A DNA stretch of 64,000 bases from positions 67,841 to 131,840 of the IMG/VR virus record IMGVR_UViG_3300032138_000524, one strand, 5' to 3'. Both the position numbers and the translations under genes were made by a program. Numbering within the stretch: position 1 is the stretch's first letter; the number at the start of each line of letters is the position of its first letter. Source of the stretch: a virus (lineage: Duplodnaviria; Caudoviricetes). Below the pieces are notes generated by a model that had not been told where the DNA came from, made no database searches, and saw only the letters and a list, made by a program, of their open reading frames with translations. Positions 1 to 10,020 of the stretch are shown one piece after another.

Positions 1-58
1 TTATGAGAAAATAAAAATGGAAATGAAACAAACAATTAAACACGAGTTTTTTTAAAAG

Positions 59-568
59 ATGAGTAAAATATTTTTAATAGGTTTTATGGGAGTTGGTAAA
101 ACTACAGTTGGTAAAGTTTTAGCAAAAAAGTTAAATTATAATTTTATCGATACAGATGACGTAATAGTTAATAAATTTAATATTCATAATGGTGATATAT
201 TGGGATTTTTTGAAGATAGAAAAAAATATTTAGATGAAGAAACTATTATTATTGAAGATTTAATTAAACAAAAAGATATAGTAGTTGCTACTGGTGGTGG
301 TATTATTTTGAAGAATAAAAACATACAATTAATGATGGAAAATGGAATTGTAATATATTTGAAAATGTCCGTAGAAACTCAAATTGAAAGAATAGAAAGT
401 TTAGAAGAAAAATCTTTGAAAAAAAGATTTTTACCGACCATTAGAGATAGTGGTAAAAAGTTTATGGAAGGCAGAAATATACTTTATGAAAATAATGATT
501 TTACTGTTGATACAAATAATAAATCTGTTGAAGAAGTTTGTTCGGATATAATTAGTGAGGTTTTTTAA
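59..568 (+). CDS. aroK: Shikimate kinase-like P-loop kinase
   Basis: GFMGVGKTT P-loop, FIDTD and VATGGG motifs of the shikimate kinase family. Confidence 0.8.
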   Translation: MSKIFLIGFMGVGKTTVGKVLAKKLNYNFIDTDDVIVNKFNIHNGDILGFFEDRKKYLDEETIIIEDLIKQKDIVVATGGGIILKNKNIQLMMENGIVIYLKMSVETQIERIESLEEKSLKKRFLPTIRDSGKKFMEGRNILYENNDFTVDTNNKSVEEVCSDIISEVF

Positions 569-1590
569 TGAGTACAGAAACGGCCTTTTGTGATTTACCT
601 TGGACAAGACTTAAAGTTAGTCCTGGTGGAGAAATAACTAATTGTTGTTGGCAACAGATAGGTATTGGAAATGTGATACATAAATCATTTACAGATTTAT
701 GGACAAATAGTGATACTTTAAAAAGTATTAGAAAAGATATAAAAGATGGAGATTTTCATCCGTTATGTAGTGAATTTGGTTCTTGCCCATATATGAGTGA
801 TGCGAATCCTGCAGAATGGAGTTCTTGGTATTCTAACGAAGAAAGTACTTTTGAGTATGATAAGTATCCAACAATGTTAGAACTCGATTTACCAAACACT
901 CATTGTAATATTGGTCCTGGTATTCCAGATGATGATACGAATCCTGCTTGTATTATGTGTGCAAGACGACTTGATGGGTTTGTTAATGATACTACTCATC
1001 TTTTTAAAGGTATATGCGAAAAGATTCAATTTTTGATGCCTTATTTAGAGAGAATTCATATTCAAGGATATGCAGAACCACTTTATAAAGATATAGTTTT
1101 TGAAGTCTTAGATTGGTTAGATTTTAGTATTTTCAAAAAAAAAGTGTGGTTGAGTATGATTACTAACGGAATGTATGTTAATGAAAAGACTTCTAATAGA
1201 TGGATTGAATCTGCTGATAAAACTACAATAATGGTTTCGATAGATGCTGGAAGCAGAGAAACATATAAAAAAATTAGAATAGCAGATGCGTATGATTTAG
1301 TGATAAAGAATATGATTAAGTATAGTAAAAATAGAGATGGTGAACAACATAAACTTCATATTAATAATAACATTAACACAATTAATGTTCATGAGTGTGT
1401 AAAAATGATAGAAGATGCGGATAGGATTGGAGTAGATGTTATACAACTTGGTCCTACGGATCCTATGGAAATGACGCAAGATATATGTGTAAATGAATCT
1501 AATAGGGAAATATTTGAAGAAAACTTTGAACTTGCAAGATTAAGAGCAGAAGAATTAGGTGTTAACATTCAACTTTTAAAAGGATTTTAA
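568..1590 (+). CDS. Radical SAM protein with N-terminal SPASM/twitch domain
   Basis: N-terminal CDLPW...GEITNCC...IGN; CX14CX2C cluster motif (CNIGPGIPDDDTNPACIMC); GYAEP, TNG, SIDAG..ETYKKIR. Confidence 0.8.
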   Translation: MSTETAFCDLPWTRLKVSPGGEITNCCWQQIGIGNVIHKSFTDLWTNSDTLKSIRKDIKDGDFHPLCSEFGSCPYMSDANPAEWSSWYSNEESTFEYDKYPTMLELDLPNTHCNIGPGIPDDDTNPACIMCARRLDGFVNDTTHLFKGICEKIQFLMPYLERIHIQGYAEPLYKDIVFEVLDWLDFSIFKKKVWLSMITNGMYVNEKTSNRWIESADKTTIMVSIDAGSRETYKKIRIADAYDLVIKNMIKYSKNRDGEQHKLHINNNINTINVHECVKMIEDADRIGVDVIQLGPTDPMEMTQDICVNESNREIFEENFELARLRAEELGVNIQLLKGF

Positions 1591-2810
1591 TGTATATAGA
1601 TTACTTTGATAAATTTTACAATATGGAGCCCTATCTTAAAATAGATGAGAAAGATTGGGAATACATAAAAGAAACATTTGATAAAGAGGATGTAAAGGAA
1701 AGTCTTGCTACGGTAGCAATGACCTATCCACTTCCATATCCAAACTTAACTGAAAAGAAGGCGTGGAGAGATTTTCAGAAATTAAAGGGTATGAAATGGA
1801 ACGAAATTATGGTAGAGGGTGAGTGGTATGCAAGAGAGGGGACGAAGTATAGTTACAATTTGAATTATGATGGAAAACAACTTTATTTTCGTAGGTTGAA
1901 TGCAGGAAACGATTGTAGTAATTATTTTCAGATAGAAAATCGTTGGTCAGTAGATGGTTCAGTATCACCAGGTCCGAAACGGACTTGGGAAAACCACAAG
2001 TTTATGAAAACACTTATGGGAAGTGCATATTCACTTAAAATGCCTAAGATTACCAAGAATATACTGAGAACTATGATTGGACTTCGTAAATATATTTGTT
2101 CCCAATTTAAACCGAATGTGGCTAAGATAATTTATGATATGTTTGAGTCAGAGAATATTCTTGATTTCAGTGCAGGTTGGGGTGATAGACTTGCTGGATT
2201 CTATGCAAGTGAACACGGAAAACATTATGTAGGAATAGACCCACGAAAAGAGAATCATTCTTTATATGAAAAACAAGCTAATTTTTACGATAAACATTTA
2301 GGATTTTTTGAACACGAGAGAAAATCAGAATTTTATTGTTCACCTGCAGAAGATTTTGATTTTACTCAGTATGACGAACACTTCGATATGGTATTTACGA
2401 GTCCACCATACTTTAGCGTAGAGCGTTATAGTTATGACGATACACAAAGTTGGGTTAGATACAAAGATATAAACGATTGGAATAAAGATTTCTTACAGAC
2501 GACCTTGGGTAACTTATGGGGCAGTATTAAGAGTGGTGGATACTTATTAGTGAACATTAGTGATGTTTATACAAATTCAAAATGGTCAACCGAAAGGGGT
2601 TGGTTAGAGATTTGTAATCCAATGAATGACTATCTATCTAAATTAGGAGAGTATCAAGGTTGTATTGGAATGGAAATGGCAAAAAGACCGAATAGTGGTG
2701 GAGCAGGAACAGCAAAAACCTACGAAGGTTCAGTATGGACAGAAAAATCACTTGAAAATAAAGAAGATAAGAAATTCGGAGAACCTATTTGGGTATGGAA
2801 AAAGATTTAA
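1590..2810 (+). CDS. DNA amino-methyltransferase (N4C/N6A)
   Basis: ILDFSAGWGDRL SAM-binding motif; FTSPPYF catalytic motif. Confidence 0.85.
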   Translation: MYIDYFDKFYNMEPYLKIDEKDWEYIKETFDKEDVKESLATVAMTYPLPYPNLTEKKAWRDFQKLKGMKWNEIMVEGEWYAREGTKYSYNLNYDGKQLYFRRLNAGNDCSNYFQIENRWSVDGSVSPGPKRTWENHKFMKTLMGSAYSLKMPKITKNILRTMIGLRKYICSQFKPNVAKIIYDMFESENILDFSAGWGDRLAGFYASEHGKHYVGIDPRKENHSLYEKQANFYDKHLGFFEHERKSEFYCSPAEDFDFTQYDEHFDMVFTSPPYFSVERYSYDDTQSWVRYKDINDWNKDFLQTTLGNLWGSIKSGGYLLVNISDVYTNSKWSTERGWLEICNPMNDYLSKLGEYQGCIGMEMAKRPNSGGAGTAKTYEGSVWTEKSLENKEDKKFGEPIWVWKKI

Positions 2811-3463
2811 ATGTAGATATAAATAATTTTATTGTAAACTACGAAAGAGATTGGATTATAGAACTCAGAGATGATTATTTAAAACTCATATCAAAATACG
2901 ATGTTTACCATAAAAAATTTTTTGATGCACCAGGTAATTGGGGCCCAACACAACGGAATAACGACTTATACTTTGATTCTGAAATTTCTGATTATTTTAA
3001 AAGGTTACTATACTTACCAAATGTTGCAGTATTAGATTTTATTATTCGTAATAGAGAGGAATTCCAAGATTTAAAATTTTTAGATAATGGTTCAGGGTTT
3101 GGGTTGTTATCTATTTTTATGAAAAAATTAAATTTAGATTGTTATAATTTTGATAACTATGAACAGATGGGAAATATTAATCCGTCTGATGATTCATTTT
3201 TTAAAAAATATGATATAAATCCACCAAGTAAATTATTACCAAATGATATAAATATTATGATGAGTAATGGTATTTTTATTACAGAAGATGGACTAATAGA
3301 TTCTGAGTTTGATTACTTATTTATAGATAGTATGTATTTAACTGAAAATTCTGCATGGGATGTGAAATGGCCTAACCGAAAAAGGTTTTGGTCAAAGGTA
3401 GATGATAATTATAATTTAGAACATCAGTATGATGGTGTTCTTTCAATTTTTAGACACAAATGA
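2795..3463 (+). CDS. Class I SAM-dependent methyltransferase-like protein
   Basis: FLDNGSGFGLL motif I; start could be 2789. Confidence 0.65.
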   Translation: MEKDLNVDINNFIVNYERDWIIELRDDYLKLISKYDVYHKKFFDAPGNWGPTQRNNDLYFDSEISDYFKRLLYLPNVAVLDFIIRNREEFQDLKFLDNGSGFGLLSIFMKKLNLDCYNFDNYEQMGNINPSDDSFFKKYDINPPSKLLPNDINIMMSNGIFITEDGLIDSEFDYLFIDSMYLTENSAWDVKWPNRKRFWSKVDDNYNLEHQYDGVLSIFRHK

Positions 3464-4242
3464 AATACATTAAATTTATATATCCAAAATATCCACCAAC
3501 AGGATTATTACATCTTACAGTTAATTTAAAATATCTTTTAAAATATTCATACGATATAGGAAAGATTCCAATAATACCAAAGTTTACTCTTGGTGAGAGA
3601 GTAGGGTTAGGTTCAGAAAAGGTATTTGATTCAAATCTTAGTGAATATTACGATTATCCAAATGTAAAAATAAATGGTGAATCATATAAAGTATTAGTTG
3701 ATGATAATAATCTAAAAGAAGATGATGTTGAGATATTTAATTGTGAATGTAAAGAAAAACTACCTTCTTCTAATTATTTTCCCACGAATTCTAATTTTAA
3801 TAAATTAGTTGGTAAAAATATAGATATTGAATTACCGATTCAAAAATATTTAGTAGAAAGTGCCTCTAAGATAACAGAACTATTAAGAAAATATGTGTGT
3901 GTTCATGTAAGACGAGGAGACTTATTGAAATTAGAACCAGAATCGGTTAGGGCTACAGAATCAAAAAATATATTAAAAGTTTTAGATGAGGTAGTTGATG
4001 AGTCTTATTGTGTTTACATTATGACAAACGAAACGGATTTAAGTTTATTTGATGACATAACTGAAAAATATAATACTCATTTTTGGACAGAGTTTGATGA
4101 ATTAAAAAAATGGTATAGTAAAAGTAATTATCTATTATTTGCCATTGAGTTATTAATTTTAAAAAATGCAAATAAAAAGATTTCAACACAAGAGAAACCT
4201 TATGGGTTTGGTGTTGGTTATTGTGATAAGTGGTTATTTTGA
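3460..4242 (+). CDS. Fucosyltransferase-like GT-B protein
   Basis: CVHVRRGD and VYIMTNE motifs typical of O-FucT/GT11/GT23-like enzymes. Confidence 0.7.
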   Translation: MKYIKFIYPKYPPTGLLHLTVNLKYLLKYSYDIGKIPIIPKFTLGERVGLGSEKVFDSNLSEYYDYPNVKINGESYKVLVDDNNLKEDDVEIFNCECKEKLPSSNYFPTNSNFNKLVGKNIDIELPIQKYLVESASKITELLRKYVCVHVRRGDLLKLEPESVRATESKNILKVLDEVVDESYCVYIMTNETDLSLFDDITEKYNTHFWTEFDELKKWYSKSNYLLFAIELLILKNANKKISTQEKPYGFGVGYCDKWLF

Positions 4243-4243
4243 T

Positions 4244-5284
4244 ATGATAATATTACATAAAGATAACCCTATATATTCTTCACACGGAAAAGATAATTAT
4301 TTAGAAAGATTTATTGGAACGGATAGAGATAACAAATATAAATGGAGTCATATCGGTGGATTGTATCATGAAAAATTTGAAACCTTATTTAAGTCTTGTG
4401 GTTTAGATTATAAAATGTCTTATTATGAAGATTATCCTAATATAGAAGGTGAATATTTTTTTGGTAGATTTGCACATGCAAAATCCGATAAGGATATACA
4501 TAAAAATATTTATCCTAAATTGGAAAAGAGATTTGATAATATTTGGCCTAATAAAATAACATATGAATTATATGATGAAAAAATAAAACAATTTGAATGG
4601 TTGGAGTCGGTTGGATATTCTCACTTGGTAGATTATGAAGTTGTTAATTCACTCGAAGAACTTTATCAGAAAGTTAAAGTAGGTGATGTTGTTAAATCAA
4701 GTGTTGGTGCATCAAGTGGGAATTTATTTCTAATAACAGAACCTAAGTATTGTGAGTATGAAAATTTATATGAATTGATAAGGGAATGTGATGAGAATCG
4801 GTTGTGGAATTCAAATGATAATTTTTTTCCAGCAATGATACAACCAAAATATGAAGGATTGGTTCACAAGTTATTTATAACTAACAATTATGTTTATGAT
4901 AAGAAGTGGACACAATCATGTGATACTTCTGAACCATTAAATTTCGGTGTAGGTCATCCAGATAGGAAGTGGATAAATACAAATAAAACATTATCAAGTT
5001 ATGTGACATTAAAGGATGAGTTGAGTCAGATATCAATTTATAATGAGTGTTTGGACATTTGGGATAGATTAGATACACCAAATTTGTGTATCGATTATAT
5101 TGAAACAGATTTGGGTGGAAAGATAATAGAGTTTAGTTATTTATACACAGAACCTATTCCAGCATCAGATTTTTATGGTAGATATAATTTTGATAAAAAT
5201 AAATTTGAAAATACAGAAGAAAATATGAATGAAATATCATATAACCAAGTTAGTTCAGTATTAAAGGAGTTTAATTTAGTATGA
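4244..5284 (+). CDS. ATP-grasp fold protein
   Basis: DEKIKQF, VVKSSVGASSGN, MIQPKY, CIDY...IIEFS pattern; ATG 4244 just after the upstream stop. Confidence 0.6.
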   Translation: MIILHKDNPIYSSHGKDNYLERFIGTDRDNKYKWSHIGGLYHEKFETLFKSCGLDYKMSYYEDYPNIEGEYFFGRFAHAKSDKDIHKNIYPKLEKRFDNIWPNKITYELYDEKIKQFEWLESVGYSHLVDYEVVNSLEELYQKVKVGDVVKSSVGASSGNLFLITEPKYCEYENLYELIRECDENRLWNSNDNFFPAMIQPKYEGLVHKLFITNNYVYDKKWTQSCDTSEPLNFGVGHPDRKWINTNKTLSSYVTLKDELSQISIYNECLDIWDRLDTPNLCIDYIETDLGGKIIEFSYLYTEPIPASDFYGRYNFDKNKFENTEENMNEISYNQVSSVLKEFNLV

Positions 5285-5778
5285 TAAAAGTTAATTATGT
5301 AAATTATCAAACAATTGAGAAATATAAGGATAATCAATGGTTAGAAGTTTTTCCCGAAAGTGAAGATACACTTAAACATCACTATTTTGAATTCTATTCA
5401 GATGATGAGCCTATTGGATTTTGGAGATTAAGACATAAAGATGGAATAACTAATCATGGAAATAATTTTGTTTATTATGAACACCGCGGTAAAGGTTGGG
5501 GAAATAAAATTTTATTAATTAGTATGAATGTTATAAAAGAAATATTTCCTGATACTAAGATTTTTTATGTACAATGTATTTTTACTAACAACAGAAATTT
5601 ACATATAAGAGATAAACAATTTGGAATAGAAAATAGATATCTTGAAACAGCAGAACCAAATAGGTTTGGGTTTATGGAAAAGTGTGAAAAGGATTACATT
5701 TATTATGATTCATTTGAAAATGTGTGGAATCGAAACAAGAAAGATATTGATAAATTAAAGGTTGTTTATGAAGGTTAA
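5281..5778 (+). CDS. GNAT family N-acyltransferase
   Basis: FVYYEHRGKGWG acetyl-CoA binding motif A. Confidence 0.75.
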   Translation: MIKVNYVNYQTIEKYKDNQWLEVFPESEDTLKHHYFEFYSDDEPIGFWRLRHKDGITNHGNNFVYYEHRGKGWGNKILLISMNVIKEIFPDTKIFYVQCIFTNNRNLHIRDKQFGIENRYLETAEPNRFGFMEKCEKDYIYYDSFENVWNRNKKDIDKLKVVYEG

Positions 5779-6436
5779 TGGTTTTTGGTATGGTTCTGAA
5801 TTAGGTGAACTTGAAAAGTTATGTATTGAGTCTTGGATAAAGAATGGATATGAGTTTTATCTTTGGGTATATGATTTAGATATTGAAGTACCTGATAAGG
5901 TGGTTATAGCTAATGCAAATCATATAGTTCAGTTTAGTGAGTATTTCACTTACGATGAAGGACATTCAAAAGGAACACCTATAGCATTTTCGAATTTATT
6001 TAGGGCAGAATTATTATATCAACGAGGTGGATTGTATACAGATTTAGATGTGTTATGTTTGAAATCATATCATTTTAAAAAACGATTAGTTTTTTCAGAA
6101 CAAGTGGATAGTGGTCATGATTATCATGTTGCAACTTGTATATTATATAGTGAGAATGCAGGAGAAGAATTATTTAAAGATTGGATAGATTGGATTATAG
6201 CAAAAAGAAATAATTGGCGTCCAACTACACATGGTGATTTGGGGCCTAATTTAATTACACCATTGATTATATCAAGGGACTTGAAAGAATATGTTTTACC
6301 CAAAGAATATTTTTGTCCAGTAGATTGGCAATCTTATAAGGGTATATTTGATTATAAGGGAGATTCCTATGGAATTCATTTATTTGGTAGTATATGGAAT
6401 GATGAAGATTATAAAAATATAGATAAACTAAAATGA
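5768..6436 (+). CDS. DXD glycosyltransferase (GT32-like)
   Basis: FSNLFRAELLYQRGGLYTDLDV; GP.L motif. Confidence 0.85.
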   Translation: MKVNGFWYGSELGELEKLCIESWIKNGYEFYLWVYDLDIEVPDKVVIANANHIVQFSEYFTYDEGHSKGTPIAFSNLFRAELLYQRGGLYTDLDVLCLKSYHFKKRLVFSEQVDSGHDYHVATCILYSENAGEELFKDWIDWIIAKRNNWRPTTHGDLGPNLITPLIISRDLKEYVLPKEYFCPVDWQSYKGIFDYKGDSYGIHLFGSIWNDEDYKNIDKLK

Positions 6437-7230
6437 GAATAGAACAAGCATATATTTCACGAGCGTTATCACACTTTAAAGAAGAGTTTTTTGATCGTTG
6501 GAATTTAAAAGAGTATAGTAATTTTGAAGAACCTGCTCTATTTTGGGGTTTATATCCTGAGTGGGATGGTAAAACTAAATCAGAAAAAGATACATCATAT
6601 GATATAGATGTGTTTAATAAACATGAAGGGTTGAAAGTATTATTGTGTGGTGGTGTTGAATATAGGTTAAATGTTTTTGAAAAAATAAAAGATTATAAAC
6701 TTATATGTGTTGATAAATGGGAATCGTATAATGCATCTAAAATGGGATTGGAATATCTATCATTAAAAATACCATATTTTAATTTTGATAAATATCCAAC
6801 AACAAAATTTGGTGATAAAATATATTCACACATTCCATTAAGAGAAAGGGGTGGAGAATGGGGAAAACACTTTGAGAATATGTTTCAGTATGAAAAATTA
6901 ATGAATTTATTTGGTGAAGATATGTTCTGTTTTCCAAAAGAATGGATTGAACCCAATGAGTGTATTGGATATTTTAATCAGAGTTTTGTAAATATAAAAC
7001 CACATAAAATTAGAGGTGCAAATACAGCTTGGAAGTTAGGATGTATGGGTAGAAATACAATAACTACTAATAATGAACAAGTACCAAGTTATTTATATTA
7101 TGATTCTGATGATGAATTGAAAAGGTTAGTAGATGAAGAATCAAAAAAAATTGGAACTATACAAGAGAATAAATTGTGGGATTACTTTCATCAATCTGAT
7201 GATTGGTTACATGAGGATTATTGGAAATGA
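6433..7230 (+). CDS. Hypothetical protein, possibly GT-B-like
   Basis: Intact ORF coupled to its neighbours; weak GT-B-like C-terminal pattern. Confidence 0.45.
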   Translation: MRIEQAYISRALSHFKEEFFDRWNLKEYSNFEEPALFWGLYPEWDGKTKSEKDTSYDIDVFNKHEGLKVLLCGGVEYRLNVFEKIKDYKLICVDKWESYNASKMGLEYLSLKIPYFNFDKYPTTKFGDKIYSHIPLRERGGEWGKHFENMFQYEKLMNLFGEDMFCFPKEWIEPNECIGYFNQSFVNIKPHKIRGANTAWKLGCMGRNTITTNNEQVPSYLYYDSDDELKRLVDEESKKIGTIQENKLWDYFHQSDDWLHEDYWK

Positions 7231-8300
7231 AATTAACAAAAGTAAAAGAACCTTGGGAACACTTTTTATTTGAAGATGTTTTGGACAAGAATAACTTTAA
7301 TTCATTATTAGAGTATCCTGAATTAGATTCAGATTATAGTAATGTAGATGGATTAAAAAGAGAGAGTGTTGAGAATAGAGTTTTCATTAATGATAAGTTC
7401 GTAGATGATAATCCACAATTTAAAAATTTAATAGAGTTTCTAAATAATAAAAAAATGTGGGAAGATATATTTGATGTGGATTTATCAAATGCTTATTTAC
7501 GACCAGAACTTACAGACGATAGATATCCATTTGAACTTGAAGTACATTCAGACATAACTGAAAAGTTATTATCAATATTAATTCATATAGATAAAGATGA
7601 TGAACAAAATTTAACAACAGACTTATATAGTGATGAGACTACATTTCATACAAAGTTAGATTGGATACCTAATACTGGTGTAGGTTGGGTAAACTCTGAT
7701 AAAGAGAATAAATGGCATGCGTTTACACCAAAAGAATTTAAAGGGAAAAGACGAGTATTAATAGTTAATTGGTGTGATAAAGATACTTGGAATAATAAGT
7801 CACAATTATATATTGGATATAAATGGTATAGTGGTTCATATAGTATAAATTTTCATGATGTAGAAAATGATCCAATACTACAAGATAGATTTGCAAATGA
7901 TTTTGATTTCCATATAGGTGTTAAATATGATATACCTAAAGATGGTTTATTTCAAGCAAAGTGGCCAAATGGTAATTTAAGATATGAATGGAATTATAAA
8001 GATGGTAAAAGAGCAGATGGTAAATCCTACGGATGGTGGCCAAATGGTAAGATAAAAATAATACGAAATTGGAAAGATGGTAAACACTATGGATTACAAC
8101 GAGAGTTTTATACTGATGGTTCTATTTGGTTAGAAGAAACTATATCCACAGGAACATTTGTAGAGTATAGTAAAGATGGTAATGTTATGCAAACAGGAAG
8201 TTTTAATTTAGATTATATAGAGACTGGTGATTATGGTGCAAAACTAAGTCAACCGAAATGGGATGATAATTGGAATGAAGATAGCAATACTACAAAGTAA
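7227..8300 (+). CDS. 2OG-Fe(II) oxygenase domain fused to MORN-variant repeats
   Basis: VHSD...WHAF...RRVL facial triad; C-terminal WPNGNL/YKDGK/WWPNGK repeats. Confidence 0.7.
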   Translation: MKLTKVKEPWEHFLFEDVLDKNNFNSLLEYPELDSDYSNVDGLKRESVENRVFINDKFVDDNPQFKNLIEFLNNKKMWEDIFDVDLSNAYLRPELTDDRYPFELEVHSDITEKLLSILIHIDKDDEQNLTTDLYSDETTFHTKLDWIPNTGVGWVNSDKENKWHAFTPKEFKGKRRVLIVNWCDKDTWNNKSQLYIGYKWYSGSYSINFHDVENDPILQDRFANDFDFHIGVKYDIPKDGLFQAKWPNGNLRYEWNYKDGKRADGKSYGWWPNGKIKIIRNWKDGKHYGLQREFYTDGSIWLEETISTGTFVEYSKDGNVMQTGSFNLDYIETGDYGAKLSQPKWDDNWNEDSNTTK

Positions 8301-8889
8301 TTACTTACCTTGGACGGGTGTATTTGAATTAATAAATTCAGTTGATAAGTTTGTATTTTATGACAATGTACAATTTACAAAACAAGATTGGAGAACAAGA
8401 AATAAGATACAACCAAATAATTGGTTATCAGTTCCAATACAAAGACAAAAATTAAATACTAACATAATAGATATCAAAATATGTAATGATATTAATTGGA
8501 AGAAGAAACATTACAAAGGTATCTATCAGACATATTGTAAGACAAGATATTTTAATCAATATAAATATTTATTAGATTTTTATTTACGAGATTGGAAATA
8601 CCTATACGAGTTAAATCGTTACACTACAAAAAAGATTTGTAAAACCTTACATATAGATACTGAATTTTATCATTCAGAAGATTTTAATCTAAAAGGTAAT
8701 TCATCAGAACGATTGGTTCAATTAATAAAAGAACTTGGTGGTACACATTATATATCAGGACCAAAGGCAAAAAATTATATTGATGAAGAATTATTTGGTG
8801 ATATTGAATTAGAATATATGAAATATAAAACAAAAAACAATTTTACAATATTGGATAATATTTTTAATAATGGAATAGATATATTATGA
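8275..8889 (+). CDS. WbqC-family protein
   Basis: AILQSNYLPW, DNVQF..QDWRTRN, YISGP motifs. Confidence 0.85.
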   Translation: MKIAILQSNYLPWTGVFELINSVDKFVFYDNVQFTKQDWRTRNKIQPNNWLSVPIQRQKLNTNIIDIKICNDINWKKKHYKGIYQTYCKTRYFNQYKYLLDFYLRDWKYLYELNRYTTKKICKTLHIDTEFYHSEDFNLKGNSSERLVQLIKELGGTHYISGPKAKNYIDEELFGDIELEYMKYKTKNNFTILDNIFNNGIDIL

Positions 8890-9488
8890 ATCCATATATA
8901 GTTGTAAAAGAATTTGAAAAAGAATTAAGTAAATATACAGGAGCACCATATGTAGTATGTGTTGATAGTTTAACTAATGCATTATTTTTATGTTGTTATC
9001 GTTCAGAAGTAGATATGGTGACTATTCCTAAACATACCTATTTGTCTGTACCAATGTCAATTATACATTCGGGTGGTAAAGTAGAATTTGAAGATTTAGA
9101 GTGGAGTGGTATTTACCAACTTAAACCATATCCAATATGGGATTCTGCTAAAAGAATGAAAAAAGATATGTATATCAACGGAAGTTATATGACATTATCG
9201 TTTCATATGACTAAACACATTCCAATTGGTAAAGGTGGTGCAATACTTTGTGATAATAAAGAAGATTACGAATGGTTCAAGAAGGCAAGATACGAGGGTA
9301 GAAGTGAAGTATCATATCACGATGACGATATAGAATTTTGTGGTTGGAATATGTATATGACACCATCTCAGGCTATTAGAGGGTTAGAATTAATTCAGAA
9401 TTTACCAGATAATAACGAAGATTTAATTGAAGATCCACCATATAGAGATTTAACAACATTTAAGGTATTTAATGATGAAAATTTTTGA
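8886..9488 (+). CDS. Short DegT/DnrJ-type PLP aminotransferase
   Basis: FEKELSKYTGA, DSLTNAL, WDSA, SFHMTKHIPIGKGG. Confidence 0.8.
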   Translation: MNPYIVVKEFEKELSKYTGAPYVVCVDSLTNALFLCCYRSEVDMVTIPKHTYLSVPMSIIHSGGKVEFEDLEWSGIYQLKPYPIWDSAKRMKKDMYINGSYMTLSFHMTKHIPIGKGGAILCDNKEDYEWFKKARYEGRSEVSYHDDDIEFCGWNMYMTPSQAIRGLELIQNLPDNNEDLIEDPPYRDLTTFKVFNDENF

Positions 9489-10020
9489 AATAGGAGTAGC
9501 AAAAACAGGTACAGTTTCTCTTGGAATAGCATTTAAAATCTTAGGGTTTACTCATAAAGGGTTTAGTGAAGAATGTTATTTACCAGAACCATATCCAAAT
9601 TGGACAAAAGAAGATTCTTGGCCAGTTATGTGTGAGGTTGCTGATAAATACGAATCTTTTACAGATGGTCCTTGGCACGATGTTCCATTTGAATGGTGGG
9701 ATGAAAGGTATCCAAATAGTAAGTTTATTATTTTAGAAAGAGATGATGAAAGTTGGATTAAATCACAAGAGTTTTTTCAGACTAATGTTTTAGATTGGGA
9801 TAAACAATGGTTAAGCGATAGAGATGGTGCTATAAAAAATCATCTTGAGTTTAAAAAAACAAAATACAATAGGATAAAGAAACATTTTAAAGATAGACCA
9901 GATGATTTATTGGTAATGAACATATGTGATGGAGATGGATGGGAAGTATTGTGTCCATATTTAGAAAAAGATATACCTGATGTTCCTTTTCCACAAGAAA
10001 ATGTAACGGAGTTTAAGTGA
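9472..10020 (+). CDS. Sulfotransferase-family (P-loop) protein
   Basis: IGVAKTGTVSL, PNSKFIILER..ESWIKS, GWEVLCPYL; paralog of 29276. Confidence 0.8.
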   Translation: MMKIFEIGVAKTGTVSLGIAFKILGFTHKGFSEECYLPEPYPNWTKEDSWPVMCEVADKYESFTDGPWHDVPFEWWDERYPNSKFIILERDDESWIKSQEFFQTNVLDWDKQWLSDRDGAIKNHLEFKKTKYNRIKKHFKDRPDDLLVMNICDGDGWEVLCPYLEKDIPDVPFPQENVTEFK

